Origin: Octopus vulgaris
Taxonomy: Eukaryota
Reading direction: 5' to 3'
DNA length: 64,000 bases
Assembly: GCA_951406725.2 (NCBI GenBank)
Contig: OX597816.1
Coordinates: 27,962,001-28,026,000 of the forward strand
Shown here one piece after another: positions 1 to 12,740 of the stretch. Below the pieces are notes generated by a model. That model was not told where the DNA came from. It ran no database searches and was given only the letters and a program-made list of their open reading frames with translations. The stretch's first letter is position 1, and each line of letters opens with the position of its first letter. The position numbers and the translations under genes were made by a program.

Positions 1-54
1 GAGCGCGCTTCGTGTGTGTGGGCTTGCTTCGGATGTGCGCGTGCGTATGTATGC

Positions 55-1565
55 ATACATTCCCACACACTCGCATGCATCCCTACCCACATATATACAC
101 GCGCACCTACTCACACACACACACACATACATACATACACACACATACCCGCACACACACACACATACATACATACACACACATACCTACTTCAGACATA
201 CACACACACAGACATACACCCATACACTCACACTCACACGCATACACACACACACATACACACGCACACGTACACATACACACACACACACACACATACA
301 TACATACATTACACTTGTACACACACACACTTACATTCATACACACACACACCTACACAGCCATACCCTCACTCAGACACACACACCTACCTACACACAC
401 ACACAAACACACACAGACACACACCCATACATACATACATCTACACACACACGCCTACACACATACATACACACATACATAAACACACACACATACACAC
501 ACACACACATACGCACACACACATATACTTATACACATGCACACACACACACACATACATACATACACCCATACACATACACACACACATACCTACATAC
601 TCCTATACGCACATACATACACACAGACATACACACATACACACTCACACACACATACACACACACATACTTACACACACACTCACCTGCACGCGCACAC
701 ACATGCATGACAAACACCCATACACTCACACTCACATACGCACACACCAACATAAACACGCACACGCACACACACACCTACACTCCCACACACACACACA
801 CGCACCTACATACACACACGCACGCATACACATACACACGCACACACACGCATACACACATACATTACACACGTACACACACACCTACATACACACACAC
901 ACACAAACATGCACGGACACACCCAGACATACATACATACACCTATATACACACGCCCACACACCTACATACACACACATATACACACGCCCACACACCT
1001 ACATACACACACATACATACACACACATACACGGACACACCCATACATACTTACATACATACACCTATACACACACGCCTACACACCTACATACACACAC
1101 ATGCATACACACACACATGTACGCACATACACACACATATACGCACATACATATATACACACACACATGCACACACACACACATACGCACATGCATGCAT
1201 GCACACGCGCACACCTACATGCATACACACACACACGCACGTACACATACATACATACACATACACATACATACACCCATACACATACATGCATCCTACA
1301 CACACATACATACACACTCACACATACATACACACACACACACTCACTCACACACCTGTATGTACGCGCACACACATGCACATACACACACCTCCACACA
1401 CCCACACGTACATACATACACACTCATACACATACACACACACACACACACGGACATACATCTATGCACACACACATATACACACATACTCACATACATT
1501 CATCGGACACACTGACACCCAGACATACACACAGACACACTCACACATCCACACACATACATACT
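55..1565. repeat. Long degenerate (CA)n/(CATA)n compound microsatellite
   Basis: Directly visible. It accounts for the His/Thr/Tyr-rich ORFs between 12 and 1817. Confidence 0.97.
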
Positions 1566-2221
1566 TACGCGCATACTCGCAGGCGCGCGCACGCACGCGC
1601 TTGCGCCGGTTCGCGTACGCATACGCGCTGCATGCACCTCGCTCTTGGACCCGACGAGACCACCCGCTCGTTCCTGGGACCGTCGCTTGTCGTTGGGTTT
1701 TCCCACGCCCGTCTCCGCGGGACCACTCTTCCATCTTCCCCTCAGCTGGGGTCCTTTTTCCTTAACCCCCCCTTTTTTCGTTACACACACGCGCGCACAT
1801 ATACACACATTGCTTAAATATATACATTACTCTTACACACATTCAATCTACTCGCCATTAATACTACCACGACACTGGACACACACACACACTACTACTC
1901 AACACACGCTGGCACGCTACATACGCCCCCACCCCTTCCCCTCCCTCCCTTCCTCCTTCCTTCTTTTTCTTACTACTGACCACTATCTGCTATGCCGACT
2001 ACTGTCTCGCCCTACCTCACACGCCTACACACAGACGCACACACTAACACATACATATATTTTTTGTTTTTTTATCTCGCCTCACACACACACATACACA
2101 CACGCACACGCACACACTCACACATATACACACATCTGTTGCGTTACCAACCTTGTCTCCACTCTTTTGGCTTTAAAAACCTACTTTGCTCTTGTTATCG
2201 TAAACTTCCGCCTTTCACCAT

Positions 2222-2436
2222 GTGTAACTCGTAAACACCAGTCGTTTTTTTCCCTATCTCCTGTTGCCCACTTTGGGATCTTTCTTTCCTCTCTCTTCCT
2301 TCTTTATGTTTCCGACGAAGAGCTCCGCTCGAAACGTCATACCTTCCTGCTTCCATTTCCTGAGCGCCTATTAATAATAATACTGTAATTGTTCCATTGT
2401 TGTTGTTTTTTTGTTTTCCCGTTTGGATTAAAATTA
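2222..2436 (+). mobile_element. Short Penelope-type pseudo-LTR-like module, family B, carrying a minimal hammerhead motif
   Basis: Aligns by eye with the reverse complement of 30235-30442 (gtaac.tcgt...gatctttc...tatgtttccgacg.agagctc.gctcgaaacgt...cctgagcg...taatac...gtttggattaa). Ends in a (TA)n tract. Confidence 0.7.
2308..2342 (+). ncRNA. Minimal type I hammerhead-like motif, variant core CCGACGA
   Basis: gttt-CCGACGA-A-GAGC(tcc)GCTC-GAAAC-GTC-atac. Stem II is 4 bp, stem III is the palindrome ACGT, and there is a GUC triplet. Stem I pairs at 3 of 4 positions. Confidence 0.6.
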
Positions 2437-2475
2437 TATATATATATAAATATATATATGTATGTATATATGTAT

Positions 2476-2510
<35 letters not shown>

Positions 2511-2805
2511 AGTGAGAGTGTGTGTATGTGCATACATGGAAGAAGAGAGAGGTGGAATCTCAATAATAACTCCCGCGAGAACCCCACGAACATCATCCTC
2601 TTTCGGGTATCTCACATCCACTGACATGTTTTGATGCGCCAGATCGGTCTGGAATTTTCGATTCTGCATTTCGGTAACGAGGCTTTTGGCATTGTTTGAT
2701 TCTTGAGGCGTTAATTTAGTTACTTTCTCCTATCACACTGCCTTCGTGAATCCGACATCTTTGGATTCGTTAATTTGCTGTCCTGATCTGTATTTGCATT
2801 GCCGC

Positions 2806-2849
<44 letters not shown>

Positions 2850-2854
2850 GTATT

Positions 2855-2935
<81 letters not shown>

Positions 2936-2939
2936 TGTT

Positions 2940-2976
<37 letters not shown>

Positions 2977-2980
2977 CAGT
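2806..2980. repeat. (TAG)n/(TTA)n compound trinucleotide microsatellite
   Basis: Directly visible. Confidence 0.97.
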
Positions 2981-3549
2981 GATGATGAATGTAGAAACTT
3001 TCCCGAGTACTGAATTGGTAATTTGGTTTTTTCTTCTTTCAGTTTCTTTTCTTATGCTCGTTTTTGATGGTAGTGTTGGTCTTAGACATCTTTCCATTTG
3101 TAGTAATTTCATTGGTGATTTTGTTGTCGTTCATGACATTGCAATTGTTTTTGTTTTTTTTCATAGCAAAATTCACTATCAAAAATTTATTAAGTACGTC
3201 AACTTGTCTCAGAGGATGCTGTTTAGTTTAATCACAGAATTGTACCAGAAAACACTAAATCATTTTCTTCAAAGCATCAAAATTCTTACGAGGTCCAAAA
3301 CAGCTCAAGACATACGACCTCCAAGCGATGTCTTTCACAGCCAAACTCAACAACAACAACAACAATCATTCCTATAGTTAGCCTGAATATTGGGGAAGGT
3401 GGGATATAATATTATTTATTTCATCGACCCCCGATAGAAGAGGCAAATTCCGCTAATCATTTTGTCTGGCGTACTAGAAACCATGTCAGTTCGCTGTCTT
3501 ATTTCTTGCTACATTTGCCACAAAACCATTAATAATAATAATAAAAGTA

Positions 3550-3624
<75 letters not shown>

Positions 3625-3626
<2 letters not shown>

Positions 3627-4031
3627 CCGAGGTAACAATCGGAAGAGGTATCTTCCAAAGAGATTCTTGTTCTCTTCTGTTATTTGTTATAGCTTTGATT
3701 TCCCTTTCTGTAGCCCTTGTCTTAACCACCTTCTCTTTATGGATGATTTAAAACTGTTCGCCAAAACAGAGTACGAAATGGAGAGGCTAGTTGAGACTGT
3801 GCAAATGTGCAGAAGAATTATTTCTTGGACAATGAACCACTGTAACATGTAGGTGTATTTCAAAAGTCGGCATTACCTGGAACTGCACGCATATTGTGTA
3901 TAGTAGTGTCTGTCTGAGGTCCGTGTTGTGACTTGACAAACAGTACAACCTCCCCGCCGTAGACACAATATCCTCAATCAAAAACCTCACGACATTGTAT
4001 ACTGTGCGACGTCTATAATGATAATAATAAT
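3625..4031 (+). mobile_element. Internally deleted R4/Dong-clade non-LTR retrotransposon fragment
   Basis: Translates to RGIFQRDSCSLLLFVIAL and LNHLLFMDDLKLFAK (RT motifs GIFQGD and F/YMDD), then FQKSALPGTARIL (C-terminal QKSALLGTARIL motif). Ends in a (TAA)n tail and lies beside a (TTA)n tract. Dong elements are known to target TAA repeats. Confidence 0.8.
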
Positions 4032-5254
4032 CTATATGACACAGCGGTTCATTGTCCAAGAAACTTTACACCGATGTAATTTATCAAATCGATACGTGGA
4101 TATGAAACTACAGTCTCTCGACTAAGACAAACACACACATATACATGCACAAATGAACACTTATATAAACAGACACACATACATGTATGGCCTGATAGAA
4201 CAATGTCTTTGCGCTGGAGTCATCGCACAGCACTGACTCCGTGTTTTGTTAGCCTATAGGCTATCGACCAACAATCTTAAGCATTGATATATTTGATGCC
4301 GCATTGGACAGATGTTTTTCAAATCAAAGAGATTATCATTAAATTATTTCCCATTTCTGTCAATTCAACAAACGATCAACATAATCAAAGTGCAGTACGT
4401 TATCTTCACTATACCATGGATAGTATACAAAGCAAAAAAGAAGTGACCGCACTCCATGATCTCACTCAGCAGTTATCAGTTTGTAGTACATGGTGGTGTA
4501 ATATAAATCCATACCAAAATTCCTTTAATAATTCCATAGGTTTTGTTCACTTCCGTCGTGGCAGCGTATTGTGTTCGTTGTAAAGCACATCACCCCATTC
4601 AACTGAACTAATTAACGACGTTAATTAATATATTATTTAAATAGAGTAATAAAAAACTGCGTTGAATGTAACGTTAATAACATTTATTTTGAGCGGGTGG
4701 TGATCTTTTTAGTCGACACTAGTAAAGAACATGAAAACTAAGATAAGAATATTAACAAAACTGAAAACATATATTATAATATAAAACTGTACATATAACC
4801 AACCAGTTGGTTTACAACGTATTTCCATACATTCAACAATATTTACTTCGTATAGAATGATAATTTATTTATCATATATATATTTTTTAAAAATTTCAAT
4901 GTGGTTCTCACTCTTTATTATCTCTTTTCTCCATCGCACATTCTTGAAGCCTAGATTCTTTTACTATCACAACTATTTCTAAAAAGGTTATCTCTCTGAA
5001 TAATAAATTAACTTGCCATCGTTTTATTGTGGAATCTTATCAAACTTATCAAAGTTTGAGCAGTTTACTAGAAAATTTTCCTTGCGCCAAAATAAACAAT
5101 ATCAGTGTTCCAACTTCCACTACTGTTCTGCGAAGTTAAAGATGACAGTCGTACTACAAATTACACAAACTACGTAGTTTTCCCGCCTAATATATGTAAT
5201 AGCACGTTGAACATGCGGTACAAAGAAGTACCGAAAAATAAAATGAATAAAAAT

Positions 5255-5900
5255 GCCTTCAAATTTTAGCACAAGGTTAGTAAATTCAGATGTAGGAAGT
5301 TAATCTATTACATCAAACCCAATGCTCGATTGCAGCGTTTATGCAATTCCGGTAGAATGGAAGGTAAATTTGATCTTGGCGGAATTTCATCTCAGAACAT
5401 AAGGAGGATCTTTTCGGTTGGAACGGCAGTTTTTTCTAGCGGTGTCATATGAAATTGTCACCCATGATTATGACCCTAGTATCGATATATTGCGTTTCAA
5501 TCTGATTTAGGCTTAGGGTTAGTTTGGGTTAATTAGGGTTAGTTAGGGTTAGGGGTGGGGGGATATTTTTTCTTCACAAATGTAAATAAACCCAATCTGT
5601 TTCTTAAACGAGGGGCATATTCATACGGCACATAATGTTGTTTACCTCAGTAGACGTCACTGATTGGTTGAAATTGCAGAAACTAAAGAAAACAACAACA
5701 AATATCTTACAAACTATAGAATTTTCTCCATAAAGCCAAGAGAAAAAGATCTTTTATAAACATATTCTACCGGTATACGAAGTTTAAAACTTTTTAGTTA
5801 CCTAGAAATTATGTTAAAAACTGCCGCTCAAACTGAAAAGATCCCATAAGGAACAAGAAAACATTCCCTCGCGCTATCGATACTACAAGCTCGTCACCTT
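5255..5900 (-). mobile_element. Degenerate Deu/Nin-domain-type SINE interrupted by a MITE
   Basis: Diverged reverse match to the 44925 family (ggcggaatttcatctcagaac...). The sequence resumes after the MITE target-site duplication. Confidence 0.55.
5406..5844. mobile_element. Non-autonomous DNA transposon (MITE) with GGATC...GATCC TIRs and an 8-bp TSD
   Basis: TIRs of about 29 bp (GGATCTTTTCGGTTGGAACGGCAGTTTTT and AAAAACTGCCGCTCAAACTGAAAAGATCC). TSD CATAAGGA at 5398-5405 and 5845-5852. A second copy lies at 34890-35315. Confidence 0.93.
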
Positions 5901-6247
5901 ATTAATAATTCTTTCTAAAATTTATCATACAACCAGAAAATTTTGGGGTAAAACTAAGTCAATTACATCGACCCAAAAAGGAGCCAAGGTAAAGTTGTCT
6001 TTGGTGCTATAAACAGAAAGGGTTTAAAGAGCTGGAAGAAAAGTTGCCGAGTGTTTTGTCCAACATGCTAACGATTCTATCAGCTTGTCCCCTTATCATT
6101 CTTTCTAATAAGGATACAAGACCTGAAAATTGGCGGAGGGGCTTGTAGATTACATCGATCCAAGTGCTATACTCATTTATTATGCATTTTTAGATGTAGA
6201 GGTATTAGTAAAATAGACTTCTCCTTGTATATGACTCACAATTTAAA

Positions 6248-6408
6248 TATATGAAATATGAGGAACTTACTCGTGCGATCCAATCCAAATCATTCTTTAT
6301 ATAAATCAAGTTTTAATTTATATCTAGGACTAGATGTAAATTAAAACTTCATTTATATAAAGAACGATTCAGATTGGCTTCACTAGTAAGTTCTATGTAT
6401 CTCATATA
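6248..6408. repeat. Imperfect palindrome of about 160 bp (foldback or MITE relic)
   Basis: Arms gaacttactcgtg...ttttaatttatatctag and ctagatgtaaattaaaac...cactagtaagttc surround a 2-nt centre at 6328-6329. Confidence 0.85.
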
Positions 6409-7846
6409 CCAAAATTATATCTAATTTAGTGACCCATAATTGTACACAATATCTTTGAAGATCATTAATTCGGATCCACCTAAGGCTGGTAGTTACAAAA
6501 TATAATCTGATCTAATTCAAGATCTAGTGTTTATGATTCAAAATTCAAACCTACGGTCATTATAGGATCAATTTGATAAAAGTTTTTATGTTGTATCGGG
6601 TTTTCAAATGATCCTCATATTCTTTGCATTCAAAAACTATTGTCCCAAACCAGATCTACTAATACTAGTTAAACACACACTATTCTTAGTTCGCTCTGAA
6701 AACATGGCAGTGGTATAGTATACTAACCAGGTGAATTAACTGGGTGAAAATGCAATTAGGTTATGTCTATGCACCAGAAACGTGCGTCGCTCACATTTAA
6801 ATCAAATATGCTGCGTAGAAAGTAAAAACCTGCAGACGTATATACTGTAATTGTCTTTGATATGCATTTGGTAATCTATTTATAATCTAGCGATGCGAAC
6901 CCAGGGTATACTCGTAGAATGATATACACTTACCTCAAGTAGTCCTATGCACTCATCAGCAATCCATATGGTTAGCCATATCTTGGATTATAACTGAGTA
7001 ATCGAACTCTGCCCACCTGGATACATTATCCCTATCTCTTCACTCTATACATCCATATATACACACGCACATTCATGTATATGCACACACGTATATAAAT
7101 AGATATATACATGCAGCGATGGAGCTTTTTCTCTTTTTTAAAAGTCAACTCATTCTTCATTGGAGAATTTCACATTATTAAAAAAAACGAAAGGCAACAT
7201 ACATGCCTCTGTGTATGCGTATACATTTAGTTTCTCTTCTTTGGGAGGGCGTAGTTTTTCTTTACTTTTCAATTCATGAGAAATGTCAAAAGAGTTACAT
7301 TATTTAGTTGCTAACATAGGGAAACAAGAATTCTTTTGCTCCTGTGCTTGTATCAAACAGCAATAGAATATTTGCAGAATATATAATGACATTTAAAATG
7401 GAACACAAAAAGATTTTCGAAAATATAATTACAAAAACCAAAAAAAAAAAAAAGAATTTTTAAAGTAAAACCAGGTATTTTCGAAGACATATCGGCTATA
7501 TTGTTGAAATTCTTTTTATATTATATAAAATACTTTTTCTTTCACATTTTCAGTAGCCTTATATTTGTTTTATTTGAGTCGCCATATTTCATAGGTGGAA
7601 AAAAGAAACAAAAAAACATCTCGACAATTTTTATCTGTCATTAAAAAACCTAAATATAAATGGAAACTATTCTTCACAATTAGATGCATGATTTCTATTT
7701 ATTATTGAATTTGCCGTTGTTTATTTTGTTTCTGCTATAATTTTATTCAAAACAGCTTTCTCACTAATTTTATGTTGAAAGCATTCTTGACATTTCAGTT
7801 TTGACATTGCAAAGCAAATACACGCGCGAATATATGTTTTTAGATA

Positions 7847-7923
<77 letters not shown>

Positions 7924-8357
7924 GTTCAAAAACACACACTCACACATTCACACATATACACTTACGTAAGCACACACACAAACACACATATACGTGTACA
8001 TGTGTGTATGTTTGTGCGTGTATGAATATGTCTATATGTATGTTTCTCTCTCCCCCTCTGTATTTATATATATATATATTTGTGTATATATATATAAACA
8101 TACATGCACATATACATACATAAATACATACATACATACATACATATATGCATATATATATATATATGTGGATTATAAGTGGATAAATCAGTGTATTGGC
8201 TTTAGAATAAACTTCTTTAGCCCTTAATTATAAGATGTATATATATATATATGGAACTCTTGGTTACATGAAACTCAGAGTAACCATTTTCGGAAATTAT
8301 TCAGCTCAATAAAGCAGTTTATGATATATGTACCTCTCTCTCCCTCTCCCTACCTCC

Positions 8358-8391
<34 letters not shown>

Positions 8392-8868
8392 GCACACATA
8401 TATTATTTCATTCTTGCTGCATGTAAGTTACTAACGAAAGTATCTTCTAGATCACTAGGCGTCATATCTACATTCTTCACATTGGCTAGGACTTATTTCT
8501 TCTTCAATTAAATAAATTCAGTTTAATACATGGCATCAAATTATCGGATGATAGCTGATTATTTTGTTGTTCATTCTCACTCGCCGTAATGGCTGCGTTT
8601 TCCTGTTTCCTAACTCGTTCAGTGGGATTTATTTTTTAATCCATGAAGTGGATTTGGTTGCTTAGCATCAAATATGTCCAGCCGAACTCATACAGTGTCT
8701 GATAGACTGACTTGCGGGATACCTCCTCTGCTCTGTGTTCAAATCCTCCGGAGGACAGCTTTACTGTTCGGCATTTCGGAATCCATAAATAAAGTATAAG
8801 CCAAGTATTACGGTTATTTTCTGGCTTCCCTTTATCTCATCTACTTTACACCACTCTCTCTCTCTTTC

Positions 8869-8922
<54 letters not shown>

Positions 8923-9057
8923 AGTTTTTCTTTCTGTCAAAGTTTCAAGCAGAATTCATTTGTGGTAGCTTTATATAACAAGAGTTCCACCGCGTTTAAA
9001 TGGCCCAAAAACGTATCACTCAACATTTCCCAAAGCTGTGAACTTCCTGCTTCTAGA

Positions 9058-9167
<110 letters not shown>

Positions 9168-10563
9168 ACACACACTCACACACACACACACTCACACATT
9201 CATGCGCATGCCTGCGTAATTATTTATCCCATGATGCCTATTTACAAAATCGTGAAGGGAGATAACGACTGCATGATTTATACATTGATTGGGAAAAGCG
9301 CTTGTTATACTTTATCATTCACTGACCCTTTCAGTGAGAGTACAACTGTTTATCGATTCAGCATCTCAGTGAAATAGAAAAGTATAATCAAGTTGCATAC
9401 TGAATCCCAGGTATCAATCTGTAGACTCCCAGACTACAATAGAATGTGAAAATTCACTTCCTCTAAAAAGAGCTGTTTTTATCATTTGCTTCATAAAAAT
9501 ATGATAGGCATTTACATATATGGTGTGAGAGGAAGGAAGTGACAAGGAAAGGAGAAAAACACTAAAAGAAAACGTATCTCTTTATTTGTATTTTTGTTCT
9601 AAACTTTTCTTGCAGGTATTTCGATATTCAGCTTTACCAAACACCACTGCGAATTAATGGCATCAAATTCCATAGCGACACGAAGATATCTTTGTTGAAA
9701 GTAGCTTTGCGTGACAGAGTATCTTCAATATGGTCCGATTTCGCGGGAAAGGAAAACAAGCATGGATTCCACTTTCTTTATAATAAATTTTAGATTTGCT
9801 TTTGCCATTAGGTTTGTGTCGTTACATTGAGGTTGTTGTTTCTGTGGATGTTATTGTTCTTGTTAGAAATGCAAATTTTTAGAGCTATTATTATCTGCAA
9901 ATAAATGTACCGATGTAAATATTCTTTTATTGGAAATGACACCTGAGATAATGTTTGAATGTGAGACACATTCATGACACCAGATTTATTGAACGGATGT
10001 TTTCTGTTTATTGAAAACATTACCGACACCTTGCCGATACGGCTCTATACATTACAATATAGAAAATAAATATGGGTGAAAGCATTATGCGAATGTGCCA
10101 CCTGCTAAATATAGCAGCTTATTGAGAAGAAAAAGAAGGCGGAATGAAAATGCTTAGTAATTTTCTCAATATACGCAAATTAGTATTATTATGCATTGCC
10201 TGCTTGATGCTTCCTAACTTGATGCTTACTAAGCGCAACATCAGATAATTTCACACAAAAATATTTCAGTTTACATGACCAAATTTCCCTGGAAGTCGAC
10301 TTAAAGGATGTACAAATACATCATATTTTTGTCACTCTCATTATAGAATGGAAAATGTAAGATCCCTATGATGAGGGGTCTTACACAGAAAAAGCCTGCA
10401 GAATTGTTATTTCTGCCAACAGTTTCTGTAATTTAAACACATAACTTATATGTATGTACACGTATGGCTCATCAATGGATACATATGAGATTGTTTACGA
10501 TATGAAACCTCATTGAGAATACACATGAAAAGAGAATTATATGCATACCTCTTTACATCCATA

Positions 10564-10648
<85 letters not shown>

Positions 10649-10694
10649 TTGTATGTATATATGTATCAAGTATGTATACACACACAGATATATA

Positions 10695-10975
10695 GGGGCA
10701 GGCGTGGCCGTGTTGTAAGAACCTTGCTTCCCAAGCTCATGGGCCGACTAAACCTTGAGTGGATTTTGTAGACAGAAACTGTAAGAAGCCTGTCGTATAT
10801 ATATATGTATATTTATATATATATTTATATATATATATATATATATACACTCGTGTATGTCATTGTGTTTGTGCTTGTCCCCACCATCGCTTGACAACCG
10901 GTGTTGATGTGTTAACGTCCCGTAACCTACCTGTTTGATAAAAGGTACTGACTGATGAAGTGCCAGGCTTTTAAA
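10695..10975 (+). mobile_element. Degraded CORE-type tRNA-derived SINE
   Basis: Internally deleted match to the 60180-60600 family (gagtggattttgtagacagaaactgtaagaagcctgtcgtata...ccatcgcttgacaaccggtgttg). Confidence 0.75.
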
Positions 10976-11053
10976 ATGTAATGATCTGGAAGTAGGTGAT
11001 TGATTAAAAATCAAATATACAATGCTATCAACACACCTTGAGAAAGACCTGAG

Positions 11054-11663
11054 CGTACCAGGCTGATTACACCACGGGAAAATCTGATATAGCTTTAGGC
11101 AGATCCAGCAGATTTCCTTAAACGTGTCCTAATCCAAGATGAGTGTTGGGTTCATCACTTGGAGCCAGAGATAATGGAAACACTCCTCAATTAACATAAA
11201 GAAGGCCAAGACCGTTTCATTTTCAGGAAAGGAGATGGCCTCAGTGTTTTGGAATGAAAAGGCATTATGGTTTTGGGTCACACCATTAATGGAGAGTACT
11301 ATGCCAACTTGCCCAGGAAAACTTACGAATGTAGACTTGTTTCATGATGCTCAATTACACAAGTCCTTGGTTTTCATGGCTGCTGTGCGTGGCCAAGTCT
11401 TTCAACTAGTTGATCTGTCTCCCTACTCTTCTGTTTTGACCCCATCTAACTACCATTTCTTTTCCAACATAAAACCTCCAGTTGGCTGAAACCACTATCA
11501 CAGTGGTGATGACGTCACATCTGCTGTTACTCACTCGTTTTTAGGAATAGGATGAAAGCTTCTTCATCAATGGAATCCAAGCACTGCAACACTGATGGAT
11601 GAAGTGTGTGGACCTCAAAGTGTCTCATTTGAGCAGACTAAGACTGTTCAGCCGACCTTCGTA
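11054..11663 (+). mobile_element. Mariner transposon 3' relic (decayed DD34D-type transposase plus right TIR)
   Basis: Translates across frameshifts to ADPADFLKRVLIQDECWVHHLEPE, KKAKTVSFSGKEMASVFWN, SPYSSVLTPSNYHFFSNIK (YSPDLAPSD motif) and GIQALQH*WMKCVD. Ends in gttcagccgaccttcgTA. Confidence 0.9.
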
Positions 11664-12554
11664 ATAGAGATGTTAAAAATAATGCCAGACCTCTGAGTAA
11701 ATCTTTTTCAAATGTGAAAATACTGTACATCAGGCCTAACCCACTCTTCATTCTGAACAACGTATGCATTGTCCCCAAAGGAAGAATTAGTCTACACCAT
11801 GGACTGGAGACAATATAAGTTGCAGATGTTACATTAGAGTGATTCTTCGAGAGAAATGTTTAAATAAAGATTCATTTGTGTCTCTCTCGCAGTCTAGTGA
11901 TGAGTACTTTGGTTTTGGTGCTCTGTTTTCTCTGTCGATTCCGTTTAGGAGAATAGTCTTTGCTTTACATATAAGTGATGGATGGTAACAGACAAATGAT
12001 ATTTGCTTCTGTGGATTTTAAGAGAAACTAGAACTGCTGTTACTACAAGCGATGAAGAATAGGAAGGAAACAAAAGTTTAGTACTGTGTCATTTTTCTAA
12101 GAAATGCATATGAAATTCGGGAACTGATATGAAAGATCAATTTGTTTCAGTTTATTTCCCCTTTCTATTTCAGCATGACTAAATCGCCTTTTCAAACATT
12201 TGAAACTGGTAGCATATTTTTATCAAAATAGAAATACTGTCTTTCATTTATCTGTGATAAAGTTCTCAAGGTACATTCTTCATTTTTTTTAATTTTTCAA
12301 AATACACAGAAACACACTTTTAAATCGACTAAATGTACGGTGAGGTTCTTATCAAAGTGAAAAGTTTGAGAAGTTCTAATGCATATAACTTTAAAAATAT
12401 GTTATGTCACTTTATGACTTTTGTCAAACAATATACATTTTCATATTTTTCAGTTCTATTTTTCTTGCTTGTGTCACCACATATGTGTATGTATGTATAT
12501 ATGAATGTATACATGTATGTATATATGTATACATGTTTGTATGTATATATATAG

Positions 12555-12624
<70 letters not shown>

Positions 12625-12707
12625 ATATGTATATATGTATGTGTATATAGGTATATATATATGTATATATATATGAGTATATATGTATATGTATGCATAT
12701 ATACATG

Positions 12708-12740
<33 letters not shown>

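Noticed and set aside
12-1817. Long His/Thr/Tyr-rich ORFs of up to 583 aa
   Set aside because: They are translations of CA/CATA microsatellite, which lacks stops in several frames. There is no coding signature.
2799-3377. Poly-Val/poly-Leu membrane-protein-like ORF
   Set aside because: Produced by (TAG)n/(TTA)n trinucleotide repeats.
5512-5562. TTAGGG repeats as an interstitial telomere or fusion scar
   Set aside because: They are internal to a MITE present twice in the window.
6929-7015. Minus-strand CTGATGA motif and a GAG|gtaagt donor
   Set aside because: There is no GAAA or stem II for a hammerhead, and the upstream acceptor lacks a pyrimidine tract.
9616-9781. Plus-strand acceptor (ttttcttgcag|g) followed by a 54-codon open frame
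   Set aside because: No recognisable protein, no partner exon and no donor. Compatible with chance.
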